NCBI GenBank assembly: GCA_044376115.1
Contig: JBILLK010000003.1
Coordinates: forward strand, 160,001-224,000
Direction of reading: 5' to 3'
DNA length: 64,000 nucleotides
Source: Polyangiaceae bacterium
Lineage (GTDB): Bacteria; Myxococcota_A; Polyangia; Polyangiales; Polyangiaceae
Shown: piece after piece, positions 29,531 through 38,420 of the stretch
Numbering within the stretch: the first letter of the stretch is position 1
Layout of the letters: each line of letters opens with the position of its first letter
The notes under the pieces: generated by a model
Seen by the model: the letters and a program-made list of their open reading frames with translations, nothing else
The model's database searches: none
What the model was told of the DNA's origin: nothing
Translations under genes and position numbers: made by a program

Positions 29531-31113
29531 ACAGTGGTCTTTGGTCCGTCACTGATTTCAATCATGATCCCGCTGCGGGTACGAATGCGAGAGAGTTCGA
29601 CGCTCTCCACTACCTCGTTGGGCAATGGCGCGACGACAGGCGACTTCTTGAGCGGGTGGGGAACGGTCCCGATGATAACCGGCCGGTCGGGGTCGCCGTC
29701 GAGGAACGCTACCAGCACCTCCGCTCCCGCGCGAATGGGGAAGTGATGCCCGTAGTTTGCCCCCGAGTGGGGTTGCGACATGCGAACGCGCGGCATCACC
29801 CGGGTAGACTGGTCGAAATGCAACTTGACCGTGTAGCGGCCTTGATAGTCAATGTCCTGCATCTGTGAGCTTGCATTGGTGCCTTGAATCACGCCGGTGA
29901 CCACACCGTTGATCCGCGGGCGCGGCGTGCGACGCGGCGGTCGGTAGCCAATCGTTCCACTCCCGATCCCAGTCTTCTCTGCGTAAATCAATTTGACGAA
30001 GGTCTTGTACTCGGCCGGGCGTCGGTCGGTGGTCATGAAGGCTTTGGGGTTGGAGTAGCGGTGTTCAACGGCGACCGCCAAAAAGACGCTGGTCGAGTCG
30101 AGTCGAGCATGACCCTCGATCTTGAAACGAAGTCCCGCGAACATAGCTGGGAGTGGGCCCTGCGCTTCGAACACCTGCCGCTCGCTCTCTGCGCTCTCAG
30201 CGCGAACCTTGGCGAGCAGAGCCGCCTCAGCGGCGCTCTTGGCGTTGGGCGCGTACTCAACGTGTGCTCCTGCCGATGGAATCGTGAGATGTGACTCGCC
30301 ACCGAGGATATCGAACAGCTTTTCACCGCCCACCTCGAAGGACGCGTTGGGCGTGCGGTAGCTGTAGTCGTAGGTGTAGTAATCGCTAGCGATCGCCCGT
30401 GTGTACCGTGAAAGCTCGAGAATGCCGTGACACTCGGAGCCGCCTCGAAAGAGTACGGGGTTCTCCGCGCATGGAAACCCGGCGGGATGATCCGTGAAGA
30501 CAAGCTTCTCCACCTCCCCATCATCCTCAAAGAAGTAGGAGATCCCCACGTGTTCTGCGAGGCGGGAAATAAACGCTCTATCGCTCTCACGGTATTGGAT
30601 CACCAACCGGGGTTGCACCGTGGTCGAGTCCGGGTCCGCGTCTGTCCACTTGGTGTCACCATACAAACTGGGATTCAGGAGACGCAGCTCAAAGTCATCG
30701 GTAGCCCATTGCGCTGCCGTTAGTTTCGCCCGGATTACTTCTGGGTAACTCAGGCCCGCATAAAGGTCCTGTGACACAAAGCGATCAAGCTCTGCGAAGC
30801 GAGGAGCGATCACGAAGGTGTAGGGAAAGCCTCCGCTGGCGTCAGGGTCCAGGCGGTCTTCGAAGCGCTGAACGACTCCGCGCACCGTCCGGACCACCGA
30901 CTGCCCCCCCGACTTTTTTTCGAGGAAGCGAATCGTGGCAGCGACGCTCATGACCTCATCGGGTTCAAGCGGGAGCTCACTACCCGGTTGCACAACCGTT
31001 AGCTTGAAGCTGTACGGTTGTCCGATCGACTCCTCTCCATTCAGCGTCGTAACCGCGAGCGTCGCGATTCGTTCAGTGGGCAGGTCGAGCTCGAGTTCAA
31101 CGATGAGTTCCAC
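29527..31113 (-). CDS. vgrG: Type VI secretion spike protein VgrG (short form)
   Basis: GEESIGQPY.F, QYRESDRAFISRL.EH.GISYFF, DY.YR.P, PRPRING, D.QGRY.VK, VRM.QP, HFPIR.G.EVLVAFLDGDPDRPVIIG. Confidence 0.92.
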   Translation of the reverse strand: MELIVELELDLPTERIATLAVTTLNGEESIGQPYSFKLTVVQPGSELPLEPDEVMSVAATIRFLEKKSGGQSVVRTVRGVVQRFEDRLDPDASGGFPYTFVIAPRFAELDRFVSQDLYAGLSYPEVIRAKLTAAQWATDDFELRLLNPSLYGDTKWTDADPDSTTVQPRLVIQYRESDRAFISRLAEHVGISYFFEDDGEVEKLVFTDHPAGFPCAENPVLFRGGSECHGILELSRYTRAIASDYYTYDYSYRTPNASFEVGGEKLFDILGGESHLTIPSAGAHVEYAPNAKSAAEAALLAKVRAESAESERQVFEAQGPLPAMFAGLRFKIEGHARLDSTSVFLAVAVEHRYSNPKAFMTTDRRPAEYKTFVKLIYAEKTGIGSGTIGYRPPRRTPRPRINGVVTGVIQGTNASSQMQDIDYQGRYTVKLHFDQSTRVMPRVRMSQPHSGANYGHHFPIRAGAEVLVAFLDGDPDRPVIIGTVPHPLKKSPVVAPLPNEVVESVELSRIRTRSGIMIEISDGPKTTV

Positions 31114-31191
31114 GCGAGAATGAGAAAGAGTGGGCGACTTGCTGTCAACTCATGATTCTCGCCGCCGTTACTTGGTTGCGGCTGGGCCGAC

Positions 31192-31788
31192 TTAGGCCTC
31201 CTGGTTGGCTGGGTGGGCAGCGAGCCGCCGCAACATGATCTTCTGGAGTCGCTGAACGGCTGCCTGGTGTCGACGGCGGACGGTTGCGTAGCTGGATCTG
31301 CGAGCTTTTGCGATGTCCTTGAGTTGGCTGCTACGGAAGTAATGATCACAAATTACCTGTCGCTCCTCCCGAGCGAGCATGGTGACGCTCTGATGAAGGG
31401 CGGACTCGAGCATGAACCGTCTTTCCAGCTGCACCAGCTCGTCCTCGAGGTGCTGCTCGGATTGTGCCCGTCTAATCCAGCTGTGCGACAACTCGTTACC
31501 AGCCTCAAGGAGCAGCTCGTGACGGCGCAGTCGGCGCAGATCCCGCAAACGGCGGTGCATTGCCCACTTGATGGTCATCGTGGCAAACGCACCGAACGGA
31601 ACCCCCAGGAGCGGGTTGAACTGCTGTGCGGCCAAAAGGATGGCTTCATGCCCGCTGGAACGCACCTCGTCGTAGTCGGCTGGGCGCAAGCATAGCGAGT
31701 GCGCAACCATTTCGACGAGGTGGATGTGTTGTAAGGACAGTGCCTGCTGGCTTTCGGTGAGCGCGACTGTAGCTTGTTTCACCTTCAC
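31192..31788 (-). CDS. Sigma-70 family RNA polymerase sigma factor (FliA/WhiG-like, regions 2 and 4)
   Basis: DEVRSSG.EAILLAAQQFNP..GVPF.AFA...IKWAM; L..EERQVI..HYF....LKDIA HTH. Confidence 0.8.
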   Translation of the reverse strand: MKVKQATVALTESQQALSLQHIHLVEMVAHSLCLRPADYDEVRSSGHEAILLAAQQFNPLLGVPFGAFATMTIKWAMHRRLRDLRRLRRHELLLEAGNELSHSWIRRAQSEQHLEDELVQLERRFMLESALHQSVTMLAREERQVICDHYFRSSQLKDIAKARRSSYATVRRRHQAAVQRLQKIMLRRLAAHPANQEA

Positions 31789-31850
31789 TATTTCGCGAAG
31801 GCGAGCCCAGCGTTGACAGGCTATTTACGAAATCGCGCTCGGCTCACCCA

Positions 31851-33614
31851 TCAAACAATGCTCGGGGCCGGCGCACCGAGGGCAGCGACGTGGTCGAGCT
31901 CATTCGGTTCCCAGCCAAGCTCGTCGAACCAACGCCCACCAATTTGACGGTTGACCGGCAGCGCCTGATTCGCGACGCCAGAGAACAGTACGAGGTCATT
32001 GCGGCGCATGATCTCATCGCCGAGGGGCTCTAAAGCGAGCGCCCTCTCCCTCGGATTTTCGAGGCTATCGGCTTCATGCACGGCCTGGAGGAAGGTCCAA
32101 GCGTCCGTGATCTTCTCGCAGTAGCGGTTGACAGCAGCGTTCGGCAGCATCCCGACTGCGGCCTTCGCTTGCATTAGGCGAGCGACGCAGTCGAAGCCGA
32201 CGCGCACCAGATCTGAGCGGCTCAACCACTTGGTTTCATAGTTCATACGGTTGATTAGGGAAGCGCGCTCCATGCCTCGGCGATGCTGTTCTACCGTCTG
32301 GAAGAACACCCGATAGCCGTACTCGTCAGGGTTCTCGAAGATATTGGACGCTGGGTCCAAGAACGGAATCATCGGACAGACCATCGGATTGACCGGCTGT
32401 CCTTTGAATTTCTCCAGCAGGCGAGCCGCATAGACCGTCTCGTGACAGCTCGCTTCGGTTTGGTGCGGCATCCCAACGAAGAACCAGATGTCGATCGCGT
32501 GAATGCCAGCTTCGATCGCTATGGGAAGCCAGGCCTCGAGTTCCTCATTCGAGTAAACGCCTCGGCCAGAGTGTTTCGCGATGACGGGGTCATGACTCTC
32601 GGGCGAGAGCGTGATCGACACGCGAGAAGGGAGCTGCCCCATAGCTCGGAGCACATCGGGTGGCGTCAAATGAAACTGCTCGAAGCTGACAGACTTCAGT
32701 TCGGTCGTGCCGAGTTCCTTGATAAACCAGAGCAGACGCTCCTTGGACTCGTTGTAAGAGCCCACCGAATAGAAGTGATAGTTCGATGCGTTCGCGAGTC
32801 GACGCATCGAGTCGATCTCGTACGAGATCTCGGTATCCGGTTTGCGCGCCATAGCGCGCTTTTTCCCGAAGATTCTGCGAAAGGCGTCACGTGACCCGCC
32901 ACACCAAGGACAGTTGTACGCGCAACCCGCGTTCTGGGTGCTGAGGATCTCGCGAATCGGGAAGCCCTTCACCTTGGGTGTGACTGGCTGCGTGGACCAG
33001 TCGATTCCGCAGCCATAGGTTTCCGGCTTGTGACCAAAGTCGTTCTCAATCGGCGACCCGAAGGCGTTCTTGAACAGCAGGTTTTGCACGCCGTCGAGTT
33101 TCTGACCGTTCTTGATACGGGACAGCAGGTCGACCATCGGCTCATGCGTGTCGTAGCCTCGCATCACCAGATCGACGAACGGGTAACGGATCAGCTCGTC
33201 GGCGAAATAGGTCGAGGAAATCCCTCCGAAAAGGATCTTGATGTCTGGACGGGCCCGCTTGAGTCGCTCGGCTACCTCCAGTGCTCCTTGCACGTGAATC
33301 ATCCAGTGCAGGTCGATCCCAACGACTGGTACGTCGAGCGCCGCAAAAACCTTTTCAACGTCCAGGTTGGGATACCGCACGAGCAAGCTCGCGAGATTGA
33401 GGAGCTTTACGTCGAAGTCCCGCTCCCCGAGAAATCTCTGCAGGGTTTTGAAGCCTACGGGAAAGTACTCGTACAAAGGCGTGATCGGCACGTCGCCGCT
33501 CGTTCCCAAAAACGGGAAGTAAAGATCTCGGCGCCGACGGAACTCAAACACGGCTGGGGCATGGAGGAGCAGCAGGTCTGCGCGAAGAGGAGAGAGCCCT
33601 CCAGATTGAACCAT
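31851..33614 (-). CDS. Cobalamin-binding radical SAM protein (Ta0216/TIGR04190-like)
   Basis: DLLLLHAP..F.FR N-terminus; GIDLHW, GGISST B12-binding domain; CAYNCPWC; SPESHD; PFLDP.S. Confidence 0.85.
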   Translation of the reverse strand: MVQSGGLSPLRADLLLLHAPAVFEFRRRRDLYFPFLGTSGDVPITPLYEYFPVGFKTLQRFLGERDFDVKLLNLASLLVRYPNLDVEKVFAALDVPVVGIDLHWMIHVQGALEVAERLKRARPDIKILFGGISSTYFADELIRYPFVDLVMRGYDTHEPMVDLLSRIKNGQKLDGVQNLLFKNAFGSPIENDFGHKPETYGCGIDWSTQPVTPKVKGFPIREILSTQNAGCAYNCPWCGGSRDAFRRIFGKKRAMARKPDTEISYEIDSMRRLANASNYHFYSVGSYNESKERLLWFIKELGTTELKSVSFEQFHLTPPDVLRAMGQLPSRVSITLSPESHDPVIAKHSGRGVYSNEELEAWLPIAIEAGIHAIDIWFFVGMPHQTEASCHETVYAARLLEKFKGQPVNPMVCPMIPFLDPASNIFENPDEYGYRVFFQTVEQHRRGMERASLINRMNYETKWLSRSDLVRVGFDCVARLMQAKAAVGMLPNAAVNRYCEKITDAWTFLQAVHEADSLENPRERALALEPLGDEIMRRNDLVLFSGVANQALPVNRQIGGRWFDELGWEPNELDHVAALGAPAPSIV

Positions 33615-33716
33615 CGGACTACGGTACCTTGCGCTGCGGCAGGGGCAATGTCTTCGGTGGACTAATCTTCGGACGCCCCCTTGTGTCTGCATTCCTGATA
33701 CCTTTCCTCAGCTGCC

Positions 33717-34136
33717 GTGCACAAGGAAACGCAGGACAACAACCAGCCCGCCCCAAAGGTGCGCCTAGACAAGTGGCTTTGGGCGGCCCGCTTCTTCAAG
33801 ACGCGTAGTCAGTCTCTCGAGGCGATCTCGGGCGGCCACGTGAAGTGTGGCGGGGATCGCGTCAAGGCGGGCACGACGATGCATGTGGGCATGGTGCTCG
33901 AGGTAATGCGCGCTGGTATCCCTTGGGAAATCGTGGTGCGAGCGCTATCGGACAAGCGCGGCAAGGGCGCCGATGCGGCGCTGCTTTACGAGGAAACGGA
34001 GGCTGGTCGCACGCGTCGAGAGCGAACCCAAGAAGAGCGGCGATCGCTCGCCCTGATGGCTCCAGACATGAAGGGCCGGCCCACCAAGCGCGACCGTCGC
34101 GCAATGGTGCGACTGCGAACGAGTCACCATGGTTAA
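33717..34136 (+). CDS. hslR: Heat shock protein 15 (S4 RNA-binding)
   Basis: RLDKWLWAARFFKTRS, LYEET, GRPTKRDRR. Confidence 0.93.
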   Translation: MHKETQDNNQPAPKVRLDKWLWAARFFKTRSQSLEAISGGHVKCGGDRVKAGTTMHVGMVLEVMRAGIPWEIVVRALSDKRGKGADAALLYEETEAGRTRRERTQEERRSLALMAPDMKGRPTKRDRRAMVRLRTSHHG

Positions 34137-35298
34137 AGGTGGTTCGCTCTCGGTCCTTTTGCTCGTGGCTTGCGGCGGGGAGTCGTCCGAGCACGGGGGT
34201 GGCGGCTCAGGCGGCTTCGCCGTTGGGGGAGGGTCGAGCTACGACTTCGGACTTCCGGCTGGGATTCCGGCTCCAAAAGTACCCAGCGACAATCCGTTGA
34301 CGGCAGAGAAGGTCGAGCTTGGGCGTCATCTGTTCTTCGATACGCGGTTGTCCGGCAACCAGACCTTCTCGTGCGCCTCCTGCCATTTACAAGCCTTGGC
34401 CTTCACTGACGCCAAAGCCGTTTCTCAGGGGTCAACTGGGGAGTTCACCGCCCGCAGCGCGATGGCCCTCACCAACGTCGCGTACCTGAGCAATTTGACC
34501 TGGGCAAACCCCACCATTACTTCTCTTGAGCAACAGGCAAAGCTCCCACTCTTTGGTGAGTTCCCCGTCGAACTCGGGCTCGCGGGCAAGGAGCAGGAGG
34601 CTTTCGCACGGCTCGCTGCCGACCCCACGTACGGTCCGCTCTTTTCGGCCGCCTACCCCGAAGAGGCCGAGCCCATCAATCTCAACAACGTATTGCAGGC
34701 GTTGGCCTCCTTTGAGCGCACTCTGCTGAGTTTTCGCAGCCCCTATGATCGTCTGGTGTATGGCGGCGACCCATCCGGCATGAGCGAGGCCGCTTTGCGC
34801 GGTAAGGAACTCTTCTTCTCGGAGAGAACCGAGTGTCACCATTGTCATGGGGGATTCAATTTCACAGACTCGTCGATCCACGAAGGTACGACGTTCGTAG
34901 AGGAGCCGTTCCATAACACTGGCCTCTATAACGTTAATGGTGATGGCTCCTACCCCGAGGGCAACGCAGGCTTGTTCGAGATAACTTTTGAGCCACAGGA
35001 TCAAGGTCGCTTTCGAGCCCCGTCGTTGCGCAACGTAGCGCTTACTGCGCCCTATATGCACGACGGTAGTGTCGCGACGCTCGAGGACGCGATCGATATC
35101 TACGCCCGCGGTGGACGGCTGATTGAGGAAGGGCCTTTCGCGGGAGATGGCGCTGATAACCCATTTAAGAGTGAGTTCGTCTCGGGTTTTGAGCTCACGG
35201 AAGGCGAGCGAACTGACCTGGTGGCGTTTCTCGCCTCACTAACGGACGAAGAGTTTCTGACTGACCCTGCCTTTGCCAATCCTTGGATTTCCGAATGA
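34129..35298 (+). CDS. MbnH-like di-heme enzyme (bCcP/MauG superfamily) lipoprotein
   Basis: LGRHLFFDTRLS, CASCH, CHHCH, FHNTGLYN, GRFRAPSLRNVALTAPYMHDGS; lipobox LVAC. Confidence 0.88.
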   Translation: MVKGGSLSVLLLVACGGESSEHGGGGSGGFAVGGGSSYDFGLPAGIPAPKVPSDNPLTAEKVELGRHLFFDTRLSGNQTFSCASCHLQALAFTDAKAVSQGSTGEFTARSAMALTNVAYLSNLTWANPTITSLEQQAKLPLFGEFPVELGLAGKEQEAFARLAADPTYGPLFSAAYPEEAEPINLNNVLQALASFERTLLSFRSPYDRLVYGGDPSGMSEAALRGKELFFSERTECHHCHGGFNFTDSSIHEGTTFVEEPFHNTGLYNVNGDGSYPEGNAGLFEITFEPQDQGRFRAPSLRNVALTAPYMHDGSVATLEDAIDIYARGGRLIEEGPFAGDGADNPFKSEFVSGFELTEGERTDLVAFLASLTDEEFLTDPAFANPWISE

Positions 35299-35942
35299 AG
35301 TTTCGCAACTCAATTGTCGCCTTGGGTGTCCTCACGCTGGTCGCTTGCAGTGAGGAGGAAAACCCGTTGCCCGCGGGCGTTATCTACGAGGGCGGGGCGA
35401 CTGACGAAGCCCTGGAGAATCTGCTCGCGGGGACCGTCACCTTTGTCGCCGACCAGGAAGTGAAGTTTACCTGGCCTGTGGATGGCGACATCTTGCCGAC
35501 CGACGAGCCACTCTCGTTCTGCTACGCGGAGCCCGAGCCCACCGCGCGTGCACCGCGCCTTCGTCCGCCGATCGATGCGTTAGGCCGGTTCTCGCCGGGC
35601 CCCGACGAAGGCAGCGGCTGGGGATTGCACCATGACTTGCCGGAGTTCCCGCTCACGCCCCTATTCATGACGCCAACGTCTGCGTTGGCACATGGAACTC
35701 CAATCAACGGGCGTGCCTACCTGCTCAAGTTCTCTTCGGCGGCGAATGCGTCGCTCGCCACAGTGTTTACCACTCAGCTGGACTACTTCCCCGACGCCAT
35801 CGTGTTGCAGAAGCTGCACGCTGCGGAAGGCGGGGTGACTGTCGAATTGACGAGCGCCATCTTTGAGGAGAACCGAGTTACCGCTGACGGTGGGCCCTTC
35901 AAAGGGGGCAAGATCGCCATACAGTTCAGGCCGCCCAACTAG
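35295..35942 (+). CDS. Hypothetical lipoprotein coupled to the di-heme enzyme
   Basis: ATGA overlap with the upstream stop; lipobox LVAC. Confidence 0.75.
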   Translation: MKFRNSIVALGVLTLVACSEEENPLPAGVIYEGGATDEALENLLAGTVTFVADQEVKFTWPVDGDILPTDEPLSFCYAEPEPTARAPRLRPPIDALGRFSPGPDEGSGWGLHHDLPEFPLTPLFMTPTSALAHGTPINGRAYLLKFSSAANASLATVFTTQLDYFPDAIVLQKLHAAEGGVTVELTSAIFEENRVTADGGPFKGGKIAIQFRPPN

Positions 35943-35943
35943 C

Positions 35944-36636
35944 TCAGCGGATGATCTCCACAACGGTGCCTTTGGGCGCGACTGCGGCGATTTCGTCGAT
36001 TTCGTTGTTGTCCAAGGCGATGCAGCCTAGGGTCCAATCGACGAGCTTGTGACGTCTTGACGGTTGATCCGCGCGATGCCCGTGAATGGCGATGGCTGAG
36101 CCAGCCCCAACTTTGGGTGGTGCGTCGCCCCGTTGAACTGCTGCTTCGTAGCGAGCACGATCAGCGTCCCCTGGGTAATCGAGGGCCAGATACGTGTGCC
36201 ACTTGCTCGGGTAGCGACCTGTAATCGTGAATCGCCCTTCGGGGGTTTTGCGGTCCCCCTCAAAGATCTTTTGCTCCAGCCCTCCGCTTCCCAGCGCAAC
36301 GGTGAAGCTTTTGACAATGGTCTGGCTACGAACGATGTGAAGCCGGTGCCGTGACTTCTCAATGAGCAGTTTGTCGGCCGGGGAGCGGCCAACCTCTTGT
36401 GCGCGGCAGGTGTAGCCTTGCGGGCAGTCCGGATCAGCTTTGGGCTCGGTTCCTGTCCCGAGGTTGAATGCAGGCGTCCCCGCTGGACCGTCTGTCGTAA
36501 CGATATGTGCCTCCGTCGTATTATCTTCTGCGTCTGCCGTAATGGCAGGTCCGCTTGTTGTTTCAGATCCGTCGCAACCGGTGACCAGGAGTGCGATTAG
36601 CCAACCGAACCGGCGCCGTCTTCCCCGGATTGTCAT
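35944..36636 (-). CDS. L,D-transpeptidase (YkuD family) lipoprotein
   Basis: EGDRKTPEG, LDYP, IAIHG, WTLGCIAL. Confidence 0.9.
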   Translation of the reverse strand: MTIRGRRRRFGWLIALLVTGCDGSETTSGPAITADAEDNTTEAHIVTTDGPAGTPAFNLGTGTEPKADPDCPQGYTCRAQEVGRSPADKLLIEKSRHRLHIVRSQTIVKSFTVALGSGGLEQKIFEGDRKTPEGRFTITGRYPSKWHTYLALDYPGDADRARYEAAVQRGDAPPKVGAGSAIAIHGHRADQPSRRHKLVDWTLGCIALDNNEIDEIAAVAPKGTVVEIIR

Positions 36637-36746
36637 AACGACTCATCGGTGCTCGGGCTTGAGCTGTGACAGGGAGCTATGGATTTCGACGTTGCGGTGG
36701 GCGCACGATGTTCCGAGAAGCCAAGGTCAAGGCAGCCGTCTCAATC

Positions 36747-37577
36747 TCAAGGCGCACTACCCGGGTCACATTCGCCCTCGAAGGCAGCGGAAGTTCCCGC
36801 ACCGTTGGCGTGGCATTCGTTGCTGTAGGTCACACCATCGCAGCCACAGACAGGCGAATAAAACTCAGGACACACTTCGGGTCGCGGTTGGCAGGTGCCC
36901 GCCGCATCAGCGGCCCCGCAGGCACTATCGTCACAGAAGAATCCATCAGCACAAGCCATGTCGGGACCACACAAGGTGGAGCCACACTCACCTTCGGTGG
37001 CCACTGAGACCCCTGCGCCATTGGCCGCACATGCATTCTGATAGCTGACACCATCGCAGCCACAGACAGGGGCGTAGAGTTCGGGGCAAACGTCGGGGAT
37101 CGCCTTGCATTCTCCCAACGCATCCGCCCCACCGCAGAGGTCGCTTGGCGCAAAGTCGCAGAACTCGTCTTCAGCACAGACAACTCCGGCGATTCCCCCG
37201 CAGCTGTCACTAGGTGGCTCAGGGGTAATGCAACCGCACCCGCAATCAGCCGAGTTGAAGCTGGTGAACCCTTCCGCGCAGCCGATCTCCTGCGCACATT
37301 CAAGCGACCCAGGCTCCCCGCGATACACCACCGACGAATTGGCCGGGTCTGGACAGTTGCTTACCGAGCAATCGGGATCTGCCTGGACGCAGAAGTCGTC
37401 ACACTGTGCATCACTGTACCAGCCCTCGAGTGCGCAGATGTCCTCACCCTCCGGTGTGACTCCGAGGAGCTCACGTCCTTGCTCTTTCGTATAGTCGCTC
37501 TCTACCGTCGAGGAACTGCAGGCACCAACGATCGGAAGGAGAACCGCAAAGGATAGGACGCGAATCGAGTAGGACAT
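36747..37577 (-). CDS. Cys-rich lipoprotein with two Kazal-type protease-inhibitor domains
   Basis: CPELYAPVCGCDGVSYQNAC..GEC and CPEFYSPVCGCDGVTYSNEC..GEC; lipobox VGAC; start MSYSIR. Confidence 0.85.
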   Translation of the reverse strand: MSYSIRVLSFAVLLPIVGACSSSTVESDYTKEQGRELLGVTPEGEDICALEGWYSDAQCDDFCVQADPDCSVSNCPDPANSSVVYRGEPGSLECAQEIGCAEGFTSFNSADCGCGCITPEPPSDSCGGIAGVVCAEDEFCDFAPSDLCGGADALGECKAIPDVCPELYAPVCGCDGVSYQNACAANGAGVSVATEGECGSTLCGPDMACADGFFCDDSACGAADAAGTCQPRPEVCPEFYSPVCGCDGVTYSNECHANGAGTSAAFEGECDPGSAP

Positions 37578-37602
37578 GACAGCTCCTGGGTCACCTAGGT
37601 TG

Positions 37603-38310
37603 CTAAGGAATCGAGACCGTGATCGCTCGGCGCTCGACCTCGGGCGAAAGCACGTCAATCAGCAACACATCCTCGAACTCGGCCGCGACCCCGTTCGCAC
37701 TTACTGTGATGAATGCGACTCCGGAGGGCGGGAGCGATAGTGCGCTAGTGGGACTAAAGGATAGGGCTGCCTGGCCACGGCGAAGCGTGGGCGCCCCAAG
37801 CTCAACCGGGACATCACACAGGTTGCGCAGTACTATTGAAGTCGAGTCGTCGGACCCGTCCAGGCTCAGCCAGCGGGCTGGTGTCAATTCGAAGCAATCG
37901 ACAACAGGCTCAACGACGGTGAGCGCAGTACCGGTATTGTCCACCCGCAGGTCCAACGGCTCCGAGCGGGTACCAGCAACGACCTGGAACCGGAGAACCT
38001 GGCTTGGAAGCGCACTCACTGCAACCGCGAAGGACCCGTCTGCAGCAACCGGAACAGTCGAGGGAGCATCCGACTCCGACAGGTTGGTGATGACGACTTT
38101 GCCCTCCGCTGGATCGACGGTGCCAGGAGCGGCGACGAAGCTGATGATGCCAATCTGGTCAAGCGACTCCACCCCAAGCAAGCTCAACCCGTTCTCGTCG
38201 AGTGTGGGAGCGTCCTCTGGTGGGCTCGGAACTGGACTGATGCCGCATCCGCCCGCGACGGCAAGCGCCCCGAGAACGGCAAGCTGGAACAAGGAGTGAC
38301 GACGGCCCAC
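37603..38310 (-). CDS. Hypothetical lipoprotein with Ig-like beta domains
   Basis: Lipobox AGGC, PVPSPP, ADGSF, beta-rich. Confidence 0.72.
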   Translation of the reverse strand: MGRRHSLFQLAVLGALAVAGGCGISPVPSPPEDAPTLDENGLSLLGVESLDQIGIISFVAAPGTVDPAEGKVVITNLSESDAPSTVPVAADGSFAVAVSALPSQVLRFQVVAGTRSEPLDLRVDNTGTALTVVEPVVDCFELTPARWLSLDGSDDSTSIVLRNLCDVPVELGAPTLRRGQAALSFSPTSALSLPPSGVAFITVSANGVAAEFEDVLLIDVLSPEVERRAITVSIP

Positions 38311-38321
38311 AAGCCATCAAT

Positions 38322-38338
38322 AGCAATACTGGGACCAA
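38322..38338 (-). promoter_or_regulatory. Sigma54 (-24/-12) promoter for the lipoprotein/Kazal operon
   Basis: Minus strand TTGGTCCCAGTATTGCT: GG-N10-GC, close to TGGCAC-N5-TTGCW; divergent from a GAFTGA activator. Confidence 0.7.
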
Positions 38339-38373
38339 GCTGTTTCTAGCAAGATTGCGGCATTCCGTTCTGC

Positions 38374-38420
38374 TTGATCGTATCAATCGCGTCTCAATCA
38401 TGACTCAATGGGACTCATGG
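38374..38420. repeat. Phased ~11-bp direct repeats (candidate enhancer/UAS)
   Basis: GTATCAATCGC / GTCTCAATCAT / GACTCAATGG / GACTCATGG; overlapping palindrome TTGAT-CGT-ATCAA. Confidence 0.55.

Noticed and set aside
31041..31349. Short ORF as a RiPP precursor for the radical SAM enzyme
   Set aside because: Overlaps the sigma factor and vgrG genes; no leader/core character
34129..35298. Methanobactin biosynthetic cluster
   Set aside because: No mbnA/B/C, TonB-dependent receptor or mbnP in the window
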